Below, piece by piece: positions 1 through 12,359 of a stretch of 64,000 nucleotides of DNA (within the stretch, counting starts at the first letter, position 1; every line of letters begins with the position of its first letter). The notes below the pieces were generated by a model. The model was not told the DNA's origin. It worked only from the letters and a program-made list of their open reading frames with translations, and did not search any database. The position numbers were made by a program, and so were the translations under genes. This stretch comes from Stegostoma tigrinum. Lineage: Eukaryota. The stretch is taken from NCBI RefSeq assembly GCF_030684315.1, contig NC_081392.1:9159113-9223112 (forward strand). Reading direction: 5' to 3'.

Positions 1-148
1 TGGGATGCGGTGGGGGAAGGGGAGATTTTGAAACTTGTGAAGTTCACATTGATACCATTAGGCTGCAGGGTTCCCAAGCGGAACATGAGTTGCTGTTCCT
101 GCAACCTTCGGGTGGCATCATTGTGGCACTGCAGGAGGTCCATGATGG
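1..148 (-). mobile_element. Penelope-like element fragment (GIY-YIG C-terminal region), inverted relative to the copy at 150-835
   Basis: Near reverse complement of ~254-402; truncated by the window edge. Confidence 0.75.
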
Positions 149-149
149 C

Positions 150-835
150 CAGAGGACCGCTTTGCAGAACACCTCCGCTCGGTTCGCAACAAACAACTGC
201 ACCTCCCAGTCGCAAACCATTTCCACTCCCCCCTCCCATTCTTTAGATGACATGTCCATCACGGGCCTCCTGCAGTGCCACAATGATTCCACCCGAAGGT
301 TGCAGGAATGGCAACTCATATTCCACTTGGGAACCCTGCAGCCCAATGGTATCAATGTGGACTTCACCAGCTTTAAAATCTCCCCTTCCCCCACCGCATC
401 CCAAAACCAGCCCAGTTCGTCCCCTCCCCCCACTGCACCACACAACCAGCCCAGCTCTTCCTCTCCACCCACTGCATCCCAAAACCAGTCCAACCTGTCC
501 CTGCCTCCCTAACCTGTTCTTCCTCTCACCCATCCCTTCCTCCCACCCCAAGCCGCACCTCCATCTCCTACCTACTGACCTCATCCCACCTCCTTGACCT
601 GTCCGTCCTCCCTGGACTGACCTATCCCCTCCCTACCTCCCCACCTATACTCTCCTCTCCACCTATCTTCTTTTCTCTCCATCTTCGGTCCGCCTCCCCC
701 TCTCTCCCTATTTATTCCAGAACCCTCACCCCATCCCCCTCTCTGATGAAGGGTCTAGGCCCGAAACGTCAGCTTTTGTGCTCCTGAGATGCTGCTGGGC
801 CTGCTGTGTTCATGCAGCCTCACATTTTATTATCT
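150..835 (+). mobile_element. Penelope-like element 3' portion: GIY-YIG endonuclease tail, pyrimidine-rich 3' region, hammerhead motif, TTATCT end
   Basis: Translation HSLDDMSITGLLQCHNDSTRRLQEWQLIFHLGTLQPNGINVDF resembles the C-terminus of PLE GIY-YIG domains. Near-identical copies lie at 39519-40115 and 48567-49000. Confidence 0.75.
741..772 (+). ncRNA. Minimal type I hammerhead ribozyme motif (PLE-associated)
   Basis: ct-CTGATGA-a-GGGTctagGCCC-GAAAC-GTC-ag: core CUGAUGA, stem II, GAAA, very short stem III, GUC cleavage triplet. Confidence 0.7.
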
Positions 836-1339
836 AGGATACAGCAGAGGTAAGTCTCAGAATGAAGTTCCCTCTAGTGTGTGCATCAAACATTCCCAGC
901 TCAGGTGAGGCATGATATTAGAAACCCGGTCCAGTTCCCAGACAAGCTCTTGCATAGCTGATTGAAATATCAATTGCTTGCTTTAGTCAAGATTACTGAA
1001 CAGCTGGAGATCGTCCACAGACTGCTAACCAGACAAGGCAATTTATGCAGGAAAACCCCATGTTTAAGTTTCTCCCCTGCCACTGTTTCATTGAAATCCC
1101 ACTTCAATTAGCAGCAACGCACACCATTGACTTTTCAGGAGTATAAACATCAAGAGTGGTGTGGAAGGAGGCACTAAATAGTGTTGTGTTACTTCAGTCA
1201 GCAGAGACAAACACCAACAGTGTGTAAACCATTGCAATGCAGATGAAAAAACAAACTGGTCTGTGGATAATACCTCACAGAGTAACATTCTGACCCCAAG
1301 GGGTTCACTCACTTCCTAACTAATCCAACTGGCTGGAAA

Positions 1340-4036
1340 CTTACTGCCTGGTCAATACAGGACTGAAGGTGTTGTGTCTGAATGCATGCAGTTTACAAAA
1401 TAAGGTAAATGAGCTTGTGGTTCAGATTGAAATTGGCAGGCACAATGTGGTGGGCATCATGGAGACGTGGCTGCAAGAGGATCCGGACTGGGAGCTACAT
1501 ATCCGAGGATATGCATCCTAGCGAAAAGACAGGCGGGTGGGCAGAGGGAGTGGGGTTTCCTTGTTAGTAAGAAATGAAATTAAATCAATAGCAAGAAATG
1601 AAGTGGGGTCAGATGATGGAGAATCTGTGTGGGTATAGTTGAGGAATCGCAAAGGTAAAAAACAATTTTGGGAGTTGTCAGGATTCGGGGCCCAAGATAC
1701 AACAGGATCTAGAAAAGGCGTGTAAGAAAGGCAAGGGTATAGTGATCCTCGTGGGGAGTTTCAATATGCAAGTGGACGAGGAAAATCAGGTTGGTAGTGG
1801 ATTGCAAGAAAAGGAATTTGTGGCATGTCTACAAAATGGCCTTTTCGAGCAGCCTGTCGTGGAACCCACTGGAGAACAGGCAATTCTGAATTCAGTAGTT
1901 GGCTGGAAGAACACAGCAAGCCAAGTAGCATCTGGAGTCAAAGGAAAAGTCAGTACTGAAGAAGGGTAATACTCAAAATGTTGACTCCTCCCTTCCTCCA
2001 GATGCTGCCTGGTATCAGAGATAATGGGAACTGCAGATGCTGGAGAATCCAAGATAACAAAGTGTGAAGCTGGATGAACACAGCAGGACAAGCAGCATCT
2101 CAGGAGCACAAAAGCTGACGTTTCGGGCCTAGACCCTTCATCAGAGAGGGGGATGGGGAGAGGGTTCTGGAATAAATAGGGAGAGAGGGGGAGGTGGACC
2201 GAAGATGGAGAGAAAAGGTAAGAGAGTTGCAGTGGGAGAGAGATTCCCTGAGGTTGGTCCGGAGGGAGGAGGGTAACTTGTTCAGGTTAGGCATCCCTGG
2301 AAGGCGTGCTGTGTTCTTCAAGCCTCCAGTTGTCTTCCTTGGATTCCACTATCTGTGGTGTTGTCTCTAATTCTGGATTTAAGCGTTGTGCAATGAGGCA
2401 GACTTGGTCAGGGGGGGCTCAACATAAAGGAGGCAATGACCATAACAGGATAAGTTAGAAAACGAGAAGGTGGAATCAGATGTAATGACATTACAGTTGA
2501 ATAAAAGCAACTACAGAGGCATGAGGGAGGAGCTGACCAGAATTGACTGGGAGAGGAGCCTGACAGGAAGGACAATGAAACAGCAATGGCAGGGGTTTCT
2601 GGGAGAAATTCAGGAGACACAGCAAAAATTCATCCCTAGGAAAAGGAAGCATACTAAAGGTAAGATGAGGCAACCATGGCTGACAAGGGATGTCAGGGAC
2701 AGCCTAAAAGCAAAAGAGAAAGCATATGATGTGGTGAAGGGCAGCAGGAAGAACAACAAAAAATAAGGAGGGAGAAGATTAAATATGAGAGTAAGCCAGT
2801 CAGTAATATAAAAGAGTGCAAGGGTTTCTTTAGATACATAGAAGTGCAAAAGAGAGTCAAATGTGGACATTGGGCTGCTGGAGAAGTGGTCATGGGAAAC
2901 AGAAAAATAGCAGAGAAACTGAACAAGTACTTTAGGTCCATCTTCACGGTGGAAGACATGAGTAATATCCCAAAAATTCGAGGCAGACATAGTGGCCGTC
3001 GCCAAGGAGAAAGTGCTAGAAAAACTTAGGTCTGAAGGTGGATATATCACCTGGGCCAGATGGACAACACCCCAGACATATGAAGGAGAAATAATGGAGG
3101 AACTGGTGGTGATCTTTCAGGAAACACTGGAGTCAAGGAGGATCCCAGAGGACTGGAAAAATCACTAATGTAATCCCCTTATTTAGAAAGAGACTAAGGC
3201 AAAAGGTGGGAAATTACAGGCCAATTGTCCTGACTTCGATCATTGCTTAAGATTTTGGAGTTCATGAGATTTCCGAATACTTGGAAGTCCTCAGGAAAAT
3301 AGGGCCAAGTCAGCATGGTTTCATGGAGGGGAGATCTTGCCTTGACAAATCTGTTGGAATTCTTTGAGGAGTTAATAACCAGGTTAGACCAATGAGAACC
3401 AACAGATGTTACCAACGTGGACTTCAAGAAGGCCTTTGACAAAGTGCCACACAGGAAGGCCTATGGTGTTAGAGGCAAGGTACTAGCATGGATACAAGAT
3501 TGGCAGAAAACAGAGTGGGGATTAAAGGGTCCTTCTGTAGTCAGACCACATTTGGAGCAATTTTGGGCTTGGAGCAGGTTCAGGGGAGGGTCACAAGAAC
3601 GATCCCAGAAATGAAAGGCTTAACATATGTGGAATGTTTGAGGATTCTGGGCCTATATTCGGTGGAATTTAGAAGAATGAGGGGGACATCTAATTGAATC
3701 TTGACAGAATACTGAATGGCCTGGGCAGAGTGGACATTGGGAAGATATTCCCACTTGCAGGAGAGACTACCACTAGAGGGTGCAGCCTTTGAGTAAAGGG
3801 AAGACCGTTTAGAATGGAGATAAGGACCAACCTCCCCAGCCTTAAAGTGGTGAATCTATGGAATTCATTTCTACAGAAGGCTGTGGGGTCATTGAGTATA
3901 TTTAAGGCAGAGATAGTCCTTAATTGTCAAGAGGATCAAGGGTTGCGGGTATAAAGCAGGAGAATGGGGTTGAGAAACTTATCCTCTATGATCGAATGGC
4001 AGAACAGACTTTATGTGCGGAATGGTCTAATTGCTG
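1340..4036 (+). mobile_element. Degenerate CR1 LINE ORF2 (APE endonuclease to RT), interrupted by nested short PLE insertions at ~1896-2370
   Basis: Fragments LCLNACSLQNKVNEL..METWLQ, ILVGSFN, NYRP, DFKKAFDKVPH and VRPHLEQ, with stops and frameshifts. Confidence 0.85.
2016..2303 (-). mobile_element. Short Penelope-derived element with hammerhead motif (2115-2144)
   Basis: Begins AGAGATAATGGGAACTGCAGATGCTGG and contains GACGTTTCGGGCCTAGACCCTTCATCAG. Confidence 0.8.
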
Positions 4037-4429
4037 CTCCTATATCTTGTGGTCTTATTAAACTAAAAACTCCATTTGAACTAGGGCTGCAACCAGAGTG
4101 TCTGCTGCTATTAAAAAAAGTGATTAAACCAGCTACAGACCACACTCAATAAATGGACGTGTATAGGCCAGTGCTGCACTTCAGAAGTATAACTGTTTTT
4201 AACAGATTCACAACCCATATGCCATTTCCTCCTCCCACCTTTATCTACTGCTACATCGCTTCAGCTTGATGTGTTGCAGTAATGATTTCGTAGACATGCC
4301 CACCGATCCAGTGGATTTGATTGCGAATGCTTCATAGAACATTACAGCACCCTACGGCCCTCGATGTTGCATCAACCTGTGAAACCAATCTGAAGCCCAT
4401 CTAACCTACACTATTCCATTAATCATCCA

Positions 4430-4900
4430 TATCCGTCACTCTGCTAGTTAACATCATCAGTGCGCCTCCGGTGAAGTGCTAGTGTTCTGTCGCGCATGTT
4501 ATTTGTGTGTCTCAAGTTTGCTGGGGTGGTTGGTATTACTTCCAGTTCTGTTTCTCAGTGGGTTTGTACACAGGGTCTAATTCATTCAATGTGTTTGTTG
4601 ATAGAGTTCCAGTTGGAATACCAGACCTCCAGGAATTCCCTGGCATGTCTCCGTTTGGCTTGTGCAATTATGGATGTGTTGTTCCAGTCAAATTCATGTC
4701 CCTCATTGATCTAGTAATTTCATGGTCATGTCCTCATTAATATTGGTGGTGTCCTGGGTTGCCTGCCTACTTGATTTTTCCAGCAGGATGTTGTTACCTA
4801 GCAAGGTGACAAAACGTTTGCAACCAAACCCACCAACTGGGTGAAGCATGTCTGTAACATCATCCACAACCTGAGCTACAAATCTTCAAAAACTTTGTAG
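4430..4900. mobile_element. Older Penelope-like family fragment pair (inverted)
   Basis: The - strand encodes an EFLEVWYSNWNSINKHIELDPVY-like endonuclease tail. The + strand end (AACCTGAGCTACAAATCTTC) is shared with 7420-7625. Confidence 0.55.
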
Positions 4901-5363
4901 CAGTAATCCTACTGAACTGGTAATCCAGAAGCCTGGTTAAAGCTCTGGGGAGAGGTCCATGGCAGCTATCAACTAACGAATCTGGAATATTCAGTAATGG
5001 GGGTCACCGCTGTTCAGACAGGACACAGTGTACAGCGTACAATGTGAATTTTCATTACTATCTTCCCCAGTGGAATAGTCACCTAACAACACAACCCCAA
5101 CAAGTTAATAAAACAAAGAACAATGGAACTTAACATTGAAGGAGGATAATTGAACCCTGGACTCATGATTATAGAGAGGAGGCTTTAGCAGAGTTATTGT
5201 CATAGTTGTTAGGCCAAATGGTCTTTTGCCACATATTTTATCCATCTCAGTGACAGATCCTTGAGTTGCAAAGGGCTAGTTGACAAGCTCCATGATCCTG
5301 TAATGTTTGAGAGCGTAGTAGTGAGAAATAAACATTCAACTCAGCGGTTATATAAAAAAAAGA

Positions 5364-5369
5364 TTTATT
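5364..5369 (-). terminator. SNRPA: SNRPA polyadenylation signal AATAAA
   Basis: AATAAA ~21 nt downstream of the PIE, the same arrangement as in mammalian U1A mRNA. Confidence 0.75.
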
Positions 5370-5390
5370 TGTGTTATTTCAGTAAAGTTT

Positions 5391-5437
5391 GAAAGCTCCA
5401 GGTGCAATGTCACGGAGACTCTGGGTGAAGAGCTTTC
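5391..5437 (-). promoter_or_regulatory. U1A polyadenylation inhibition element (PIE) in SNRPA 3'UTR
   Basis: GAAAGC-UCUUCAC-CCAG-A-GUC-UCCGU-GAC-AUUGCAC-CUGG-A-GCUUUC: three stems and two 7+1 asymmetric loops, including the canonical AUUGCAC. Confidence 0.9.
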
Positions 5438-5733
5438 TTACACAGTGTGATTAAGCCAAACTGTTGCTTGCCGTAGCCAGTCAGACACGTTCACTCAAAA
5501 ATGTTGCCAATCAGGGCCAGCCAAATCCAAAGTAATACCATTAAGTGGAGAACTAGAATTCATCCTTTTCCTGGAGTCAGGAGAAGGCCATAATTTGCTT
5601 TTTGACATTATTAAAAAAAAGTGAATTATTTTAAGTCGATGGACCCAGGAATAGGGCAAGGGGAGGATCCAACACCTGGATATGAACAGTGATCCAATAG
5701 GCAGGGCAAAGCTGATGAGTCTCCTCACTTAAC

Positions 5734-5742
5734 ACTTACCTG
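5734..5742 (-). promoter_or_regulatory. Perfect U1 snRNA-complementary site (CAGGUAAGU) in SNRPA 3'UTR
   Basis: 9/9 match to the 5' splice-site consensus, ~115 nt after the stop codon. Confidence 0.65.
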
Positions 5743-5855
5743 AAGCATCAGAACTTTAAAAATCCAATACAGGCCAGTTCCCCCACAATTTAGAAAATAA
5801 AACAACAGCTTTTGAAAATAAAGCTGGAATTAACCAGTTCAATCATCCTGACCCC

Positions 5856-6015
5856 TCATTTCTTTGCAAAGGAGATTTTCATTGCATTCGACTGTGTGAT
5901 CTTGAACCCCTGGAGTGCGTCACGTGCTGCCCCAGCCTGGACCTCATTATCAAATTCCACAAAGGCAATGTCATGGCGACCAGGTACCAAGCGGACTTCC
6001 TTAAATCCAGGGAAC
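5856..6015 (-). CDS. SNRPA: U1 snRNP A, last coding exon (RRM2)
   Basis: [52 protein letters not shown]; tttttag acceptor. Confidence 0.97.
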
Positions 6016-7251
6016 CTAAAAAAATGCAGAGAAAGAATGATTAGCACACCAGGCTGTGTGTTGGGTTGGCAGGGTAGGGGAAGAGAAGTGTGGACCCTCC
6101 TTACTATGTTGGGAGGACTGATTGTCACAGCTAGCAACTCTCCAAGGCTCATTTGACAGCATCTTCCAAACCAGTGATCGCTGCCATCTAGAAGGACAAG
6201 GGTAGCAGATACGTGACAATACCATTCCCTCAGAACCGCCCCACCAAACCACACACCATCCTGATTTGAAACTATAATCACTGGCCCTGCACTGTCACTG
6301 GGTCATAATACTGGAAATCCCTCCTAACAGTACTGTGGGGGTATTTCCACCACGTGCACTGCAGCAGTTCAAGGTAACAGCTCATCACCTTCAAGGCAAA
6401 TTGGAGGCAGATAATAGATAGTTGGTAGGTAGGGTTGGTCAGTAACTGCCACATCCCATGAAGTTATTAAGGGTTTTATGCTGTACATGAGACAGAGTGG
6501 TAGCCTCTTTCCTGGGTTCTTCACCTACCATCTCTTGATATAAGGCTACTAAGGTTCATTGTTTAACCTTATTTTTCCAGGTTTGGGCAACATGAAACTG
6601 TTCCGAGAAGCCAGACAGCTTACACTGAGACTCATCATCCTTCCAAACAGAACCAGCGGAGTGGGATAACTCTACAGTTCACTCAGGGAATGAGATCGCA
6701 ACAGAAAGGTCTCTCCACCCAAATCAGAGTGTGGAGAACAAAAGGTTCTGATATAATTTAAAAACTTCATTCATTCATGAGCATTGCCAGCTGGGGGAGT
6801 TTTTACTGCCTGTCATCTGTCACCTGGTGAGCTCTTTCCTTGAACTGCTGCAGCCAGATCCACAATGTTGTGTGTGAGAGAGACAGCATGCGAGAGAGAC
6901 AGAGTCTGGAGGAGGAAAAATTCCAGGATTTCAAAACAGCGACATTGTTGTATGAGAAGTTAGCATGGTGAATGCCTTAGAGGGGAACTTGCAGGTGGTC
7001 GCTATTCCAATATTCCTCTTGCCCTTAAACTTCTAGGTGGAAGTGGTTGAGGGTTTGGAAAGTTACATTTAAGGATCTTTGGTGAATTTCTGCAGTGCAT
7101 CTCGTAAATAGTACACACTGCTGCTACTGACCATCAGTGGTGGATAGAGTGAAGTGGTGCTTTGTCATAGTCATAGTCATACAGCATGGAAACAGGTCCT
7201 TCAGTCCAACAAGTCCACACTAACCATGTCACCAAACTAACCTATTCCCAC

Positions 7252-7625
7252 CTGCCTGCTTTCTATTTATCAGTTTAGGTTTCCTTGGGTTGGTGATGCC
7301 ATTTCCTGTGTTGGTGGTGTCATTTCCTGTTCTTTTTCTCAGAAGGTGGTAGATGGGCTCCAAATCAATGTGTTTGTTGATGGAGTTCCAGTTGGAATGC
7401 TATGCTTCTAGGAAATGTCATCAACAAAGGAAATGACATCACCAACCCAAGGAAACCTAAACACAAATAGAAAGCAGGACATAACACAAGCGCTTCATCG
7501 GAGGCTCACTGATGATGTTACCTAGAATGGTGACAAAACGTCTGAAAACAAACCTTCCAGCTCAGCAAGCAAACTTACATCCAGAACCTCAACCTGAGCT
7601 ACAAATCTTCTCAAAACTCGCTAAC
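7252..7625. mobile_element. Penelope-like fragment, head-to-head inverted pair with decayed hammerhead motif (7507-7544)
   Basis: ~7255-7306 is the reverse complement of ~7429-7478. CTGATGA-T-GTTACC-TAGAAT-GGTGAC-AAAAC-GTC follows. Confidence 0.6.
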
Positions 7626-8162
7626 ACCTGTCTCCTACTGTAAATCTAACTTTGTATCCAATTGGCATGCTCACCCCAAATCCCATGATCTAAATTTACT
7701 AAATATTCTACCATGTGGAACCTAATCAAAGGCTTTACTGAAGTCCAGTTCTGGATATTACAAACCTTCTGGAGTGTTGTTGGAGCTGCACCCATTCAGG
7801 GAAATGGGCAGTATTCCATCACACTACTAACTTGTGCCTTGTAGATGTTTGACAGGCTTTGGGGAATCAGAAGGTAGGATTCTTAGCCTCTGAGCTACAC
7901 TTGTAGCACTGTGTTTACATGGTGAGTCCAGTTGAGTTTCTGATCAATGACAACTCTAAGAATGTTGATAATTGGGGATTCAGTGATGGTAATACCATTG
8001 AATGTCAAGGGGCATCGGTTTGATTGCCTTTCGTGGGAGATGGTTGTTGCCTGGCATTTGTGTGACATTACCGCTGCTTAATCCCACCACCTAGCAGCAT
8101 CTTTACTTAGTATCAACCCCCACTCCAAAATCAGAGTCATGATTCCCATTCCCCCATACTTA

Positions 8163-8306
<144 letters not shown>

Positions 8307-8884
8307 TCACACAGCCACTTCACAAACATCTACCAACCCCTCCTGCCACTCAGTACCAGCAGTATACACATATCCCCTGGTCCCAGAGAGGGGCACCACA
8401 TGCAATTCTCTCTATACCCAATACAGAGTAAGTCATACACTACACATTAAAAGGGATCGAGGGGTATGGAGAGAATGCAACTTTACATGGAGATGCAATT
8501 AGCCATGATCTAACTGAACGGTGGAACACGTTTGAGGGACAAATGGCCAAGCTCCCCTCACCAAGCTCCTAACTGTCATGCTCTAAAAGCAACATCCAAT
8601 TCAGTTCAGCACCTGGCATACATCAGATTGCGAAGAGATACTGGCAGCAACATTAAACCACAGCCCAAGCATTTCACCTAACTCACCAATAACAAACCCC
8701 CTAAAGGTCAGAGGTTCTTGGGCAACAAGGATACCCACGTACGAAGCACTTTTTTCTTCAAGTATTCAAGGAAGCTAGCAAGCTCTCATCCAACTGATAA
8801 CAACTGACTCAGCTGATTACCCTTGGGATGGGTACAACAACAATTCTATCATCATTTCACCTCCCATACCAACTGAAGACTTAC

Positions 8885-9058
8885 CGTCTGAGCAGGTGGT
8901 GGCATCTGTCCAGCCATCATCTGGCCAGGAGGAATGGAACCCGGTGGCATCTGTCCAGGGGCCATTCCAGGTGGTGGCATCATCCCCGGTGGGGGCATGT
9001 AGTGAGGTTGCCCTGGCATTGGCATCATCCGTGGGGCCTGGCTCATCATGGGCATGCC
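8885..9058 (-). CDS. SNRPA: U1 snRNP A coding exon 4 (Pro/Met-rich linker)
   Basis: [36 protein letters not shown]...; gtag/gtaagt. Confidence 0.95.
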
Positions 9059-10194
9059 CTACGACAAACAAACACCAAAATAAAACACACAACGGTTCAG
9101 GAGACAAGTCAATGAATTTTACACAACGGCCAAGAACCAGTCATTTCAGGCCATGCCTATTGCACAGAATTCTCTCAAACAAAAACAAAATAAAGAGTGT
9201 GAAGGAAAGCTTAGCAAATATCTCCTTGCTGTCTTAAGTGGGAAACTAATGTAAACTGTATCCTGTAAGTCCCTAGTTCTAATCTCTTCCACAAGGAGAA
9301 ACAGCCTTTCAGAATCCAACCTGCCAAGTCCCTCAGGGTCTGTGTTTCAATAAGATTGTTAAATCTTGAAAATGCCTTCAAAGCACATCAACACCCACCA
9401 ACAATACAGGAGTCAACGGGCAAGACTGAAAGTAGAGTCAAAGGGGAGTTTTTCAAAGTTTGGGGTCAAAGAGTAAGGACGCCATGGGAATCAGATTTGA
9501 AAGGAAAAGCTTTATTTTTTAAAATGCCACTCTCCTTCATTCTCCCTAGAGCAAATACATATTTCTATTGACAGTTGCTGACGCAGGGGATGGGAGGAAC
9601 CACAATGCCAAAAACGGAAGCAGGGCCAAATGAAAACCTGCCAAATTAATGTTGGGATTAACTTGTGGCTTCTCCTATAGAGATGGGAATACCAACCCCA
9701 AAAAAACTCAACAGCAGAACTAAAGAATAGTCACTAATAAGACAAATTTAATTAATTAATTGTAAAGATTAAGCAAAGACTGTTGTCATGGAAGGACACA
9801 AACGAACCCCAAAAATCTAGTTGAAAGTGTTCCTCACAACCAATTTTCAACATATCAGTTGGCTCAAGTAAATTTCATTTAGAAAGAGTGCATGTACAGA
9901 AAGTGGACAGGACACCAAAAACCAGCTGACCTCAAAGCCCTCAGTTAGTTGGTTGAGCACAACAGTAAACGAAGACACCACATAAATTAAAATCAGTAGG
10001 AAGGAAACTCAGCAGTGTTCATCGCCAGACTTCCTTCTGCTGTACAGCTGACTGAGATAAAGGTCACAGATCTGACCCATCATCTGCTACTTCCCCTTCC
10101 ATTAACAAGGAAATGAAGTAGCATTTCCTCACAGTTCACACACACACACACGTGCAGGTCTTTACATAACCAGTTTAGATCCAGCTACACTTAC

Positions 10195-10362
10195 CGATAC
10201 AGGAGGGGGGACAGCGTTAGCTGTTGGGGGTGCTGAAGCCTTTTTGTTGCCAGAAGGCTCAGGCGCCTTGACCTTCCTCTTCTCCTTCTTCCGGTCACGT
10301 TCCACATAGGTGCCCTTCATCTTCGCAATAATATCAGAATCAGTCTTTGCATATTGAATCCG
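10195..10362 (-). CDS. SNRPA: U1 snRNP A coding exon 3
   Basis: [30 protein letters not shown]...; acag/gtaagt. Confidence 0.97.
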
Positions 10363-10943
10363 CTGTGGGCAATGGGAAACTGTTAAACCACTGAAACTCC
10401 ATGGGTTATATCCACAAGGGTTACCTCACAACAAGTGTAGAAAATAATAGAGTCTGCATTGGCACAAAGAAACTTTTAAGCTGCTTCTCAACCAAAAGAA
10501 AAATCCTTCACACAAAAGACTAAGTTTTTCAGCAGTACAGAATTTGAATACTGCAGAAGATAGAAACCGGATGCTAAAGATTTTCATCTTGAATTCCTCA
10601 GCTTAAATGTCAGGCCGCCAAATTTCACACGTAACACAATTTTGGTAAAGGAATAAAGGACGCAGGGACAAATCAAATCATCATCCTTTTCTCCTGCAAA
10701 ATAACTTGCTGTGATAGTTTGAAATTTAGAATGAAATACATCTGATGAAAAGATGTGCAGGTGTGCAGAAGGAGACCAGCTCTGGCTGGACAATCTTTTA
10801 CTTTGATCAGTAAACTCTCATGGAGCACAAATAAAGCTAGGCTGTTAGGTCTATTTTGTACAGAAAATTCATTATGCTCCACTTAGACACAGCCTAACTG
10901 CAATGGAAAACAGATCAGTTGACAAGCACAAAAGCTAATATCA

Positions 10944-11201
<258 letters not shown>

Positions 11202-12359
11202 TCAGTCACAAGTACAATTGCGACCAGACTTGAACGTGAACTTGAAACCACAATTCAAGTTCATGAATGTCCAGTAAATGCGGTTGATTCATAATGTCAT
11301 ATTGTGCAAAGCCCAGTCAACCTCTTACAAAAACAATACAGAAGATGCAAACAAAGCTTTGCAAGAATGACACCAGAACCATGGTTATAGTTACAAAACA
11401 AAGTTATGCTTCATTTATACAGGGCATTGGAGACACCATATTTGGAGAGTGGGTTTTGTGGGTAAGCAAAGTGGAGTTATCAGATCACCCATGATCTTAT
11501 TGAAAGAATGAACAGACTTTAGGGGTTGAGTGGTTAACTCACACTAAATGATATGTTTGTGTTAGAGATGACTGGCAGACTGGGGCTCTTTTTTCTACAA
11601 AGAGGCTAGAGCCAGGGAGGGGTCATCTTTAGCACTATGGTCTTTAACATTTGGGACATATTCAACAAAATAGACAACTGCCTGATTTGAAGGGACTCAA
11701 CGGCAACTGCTGCAAATCCAGGTACAGTTACAACACAGAGTCATAGAGATGTACAGCATGGCAGCAGATCCTTTGGTCCAACTCGTCCGCGCTGACTAGA
11801 TACCCTAAATTAATCTAGACCCATTTCCCTGTAAACCGTTCTTGTTCACATACCCTTCAGGATGCCTTTTAAATGTATAAATCAAAAGGCATTTTGACAG
11901 GTACATGAATGGGAAAGGTTTAGAGGGATATTGGCCAAAAGGAGTTAGTTGGAACTAGTTCAGTTTGGGAAATTTGGGTCACATGGACGAGTTGGATCAA
12001 AGGGCCTGTTTCCATGCTGTACGACTCTATAACAGTCCTTGCATATGGCTGTTGAACACTCCGAAACAACGGGTCATACATGGTACTTATTAATAATTCC
12101 AATAAAGAAACTGGGAGAAAGTTGTTTTAAGCTATGCTTAGTCAGAACTTCCCACCGCAGGGATAGTTGAGAGAAATTTCCTTTAAGAAACTAAATAAAC
12201 ATGAGGGGATGAGGAGCAGTTTGTTAAAATTCACTCTCAGTACACACTTTGCTAACTGTGCCAGCATTTATTGTCTTAGACCCCACTAATGCTCTCGAAG
12301 TCCCCAACCCAAACATACCCGAATACACTGCTGAACCAGAACTATCCCTGAATACTTGC

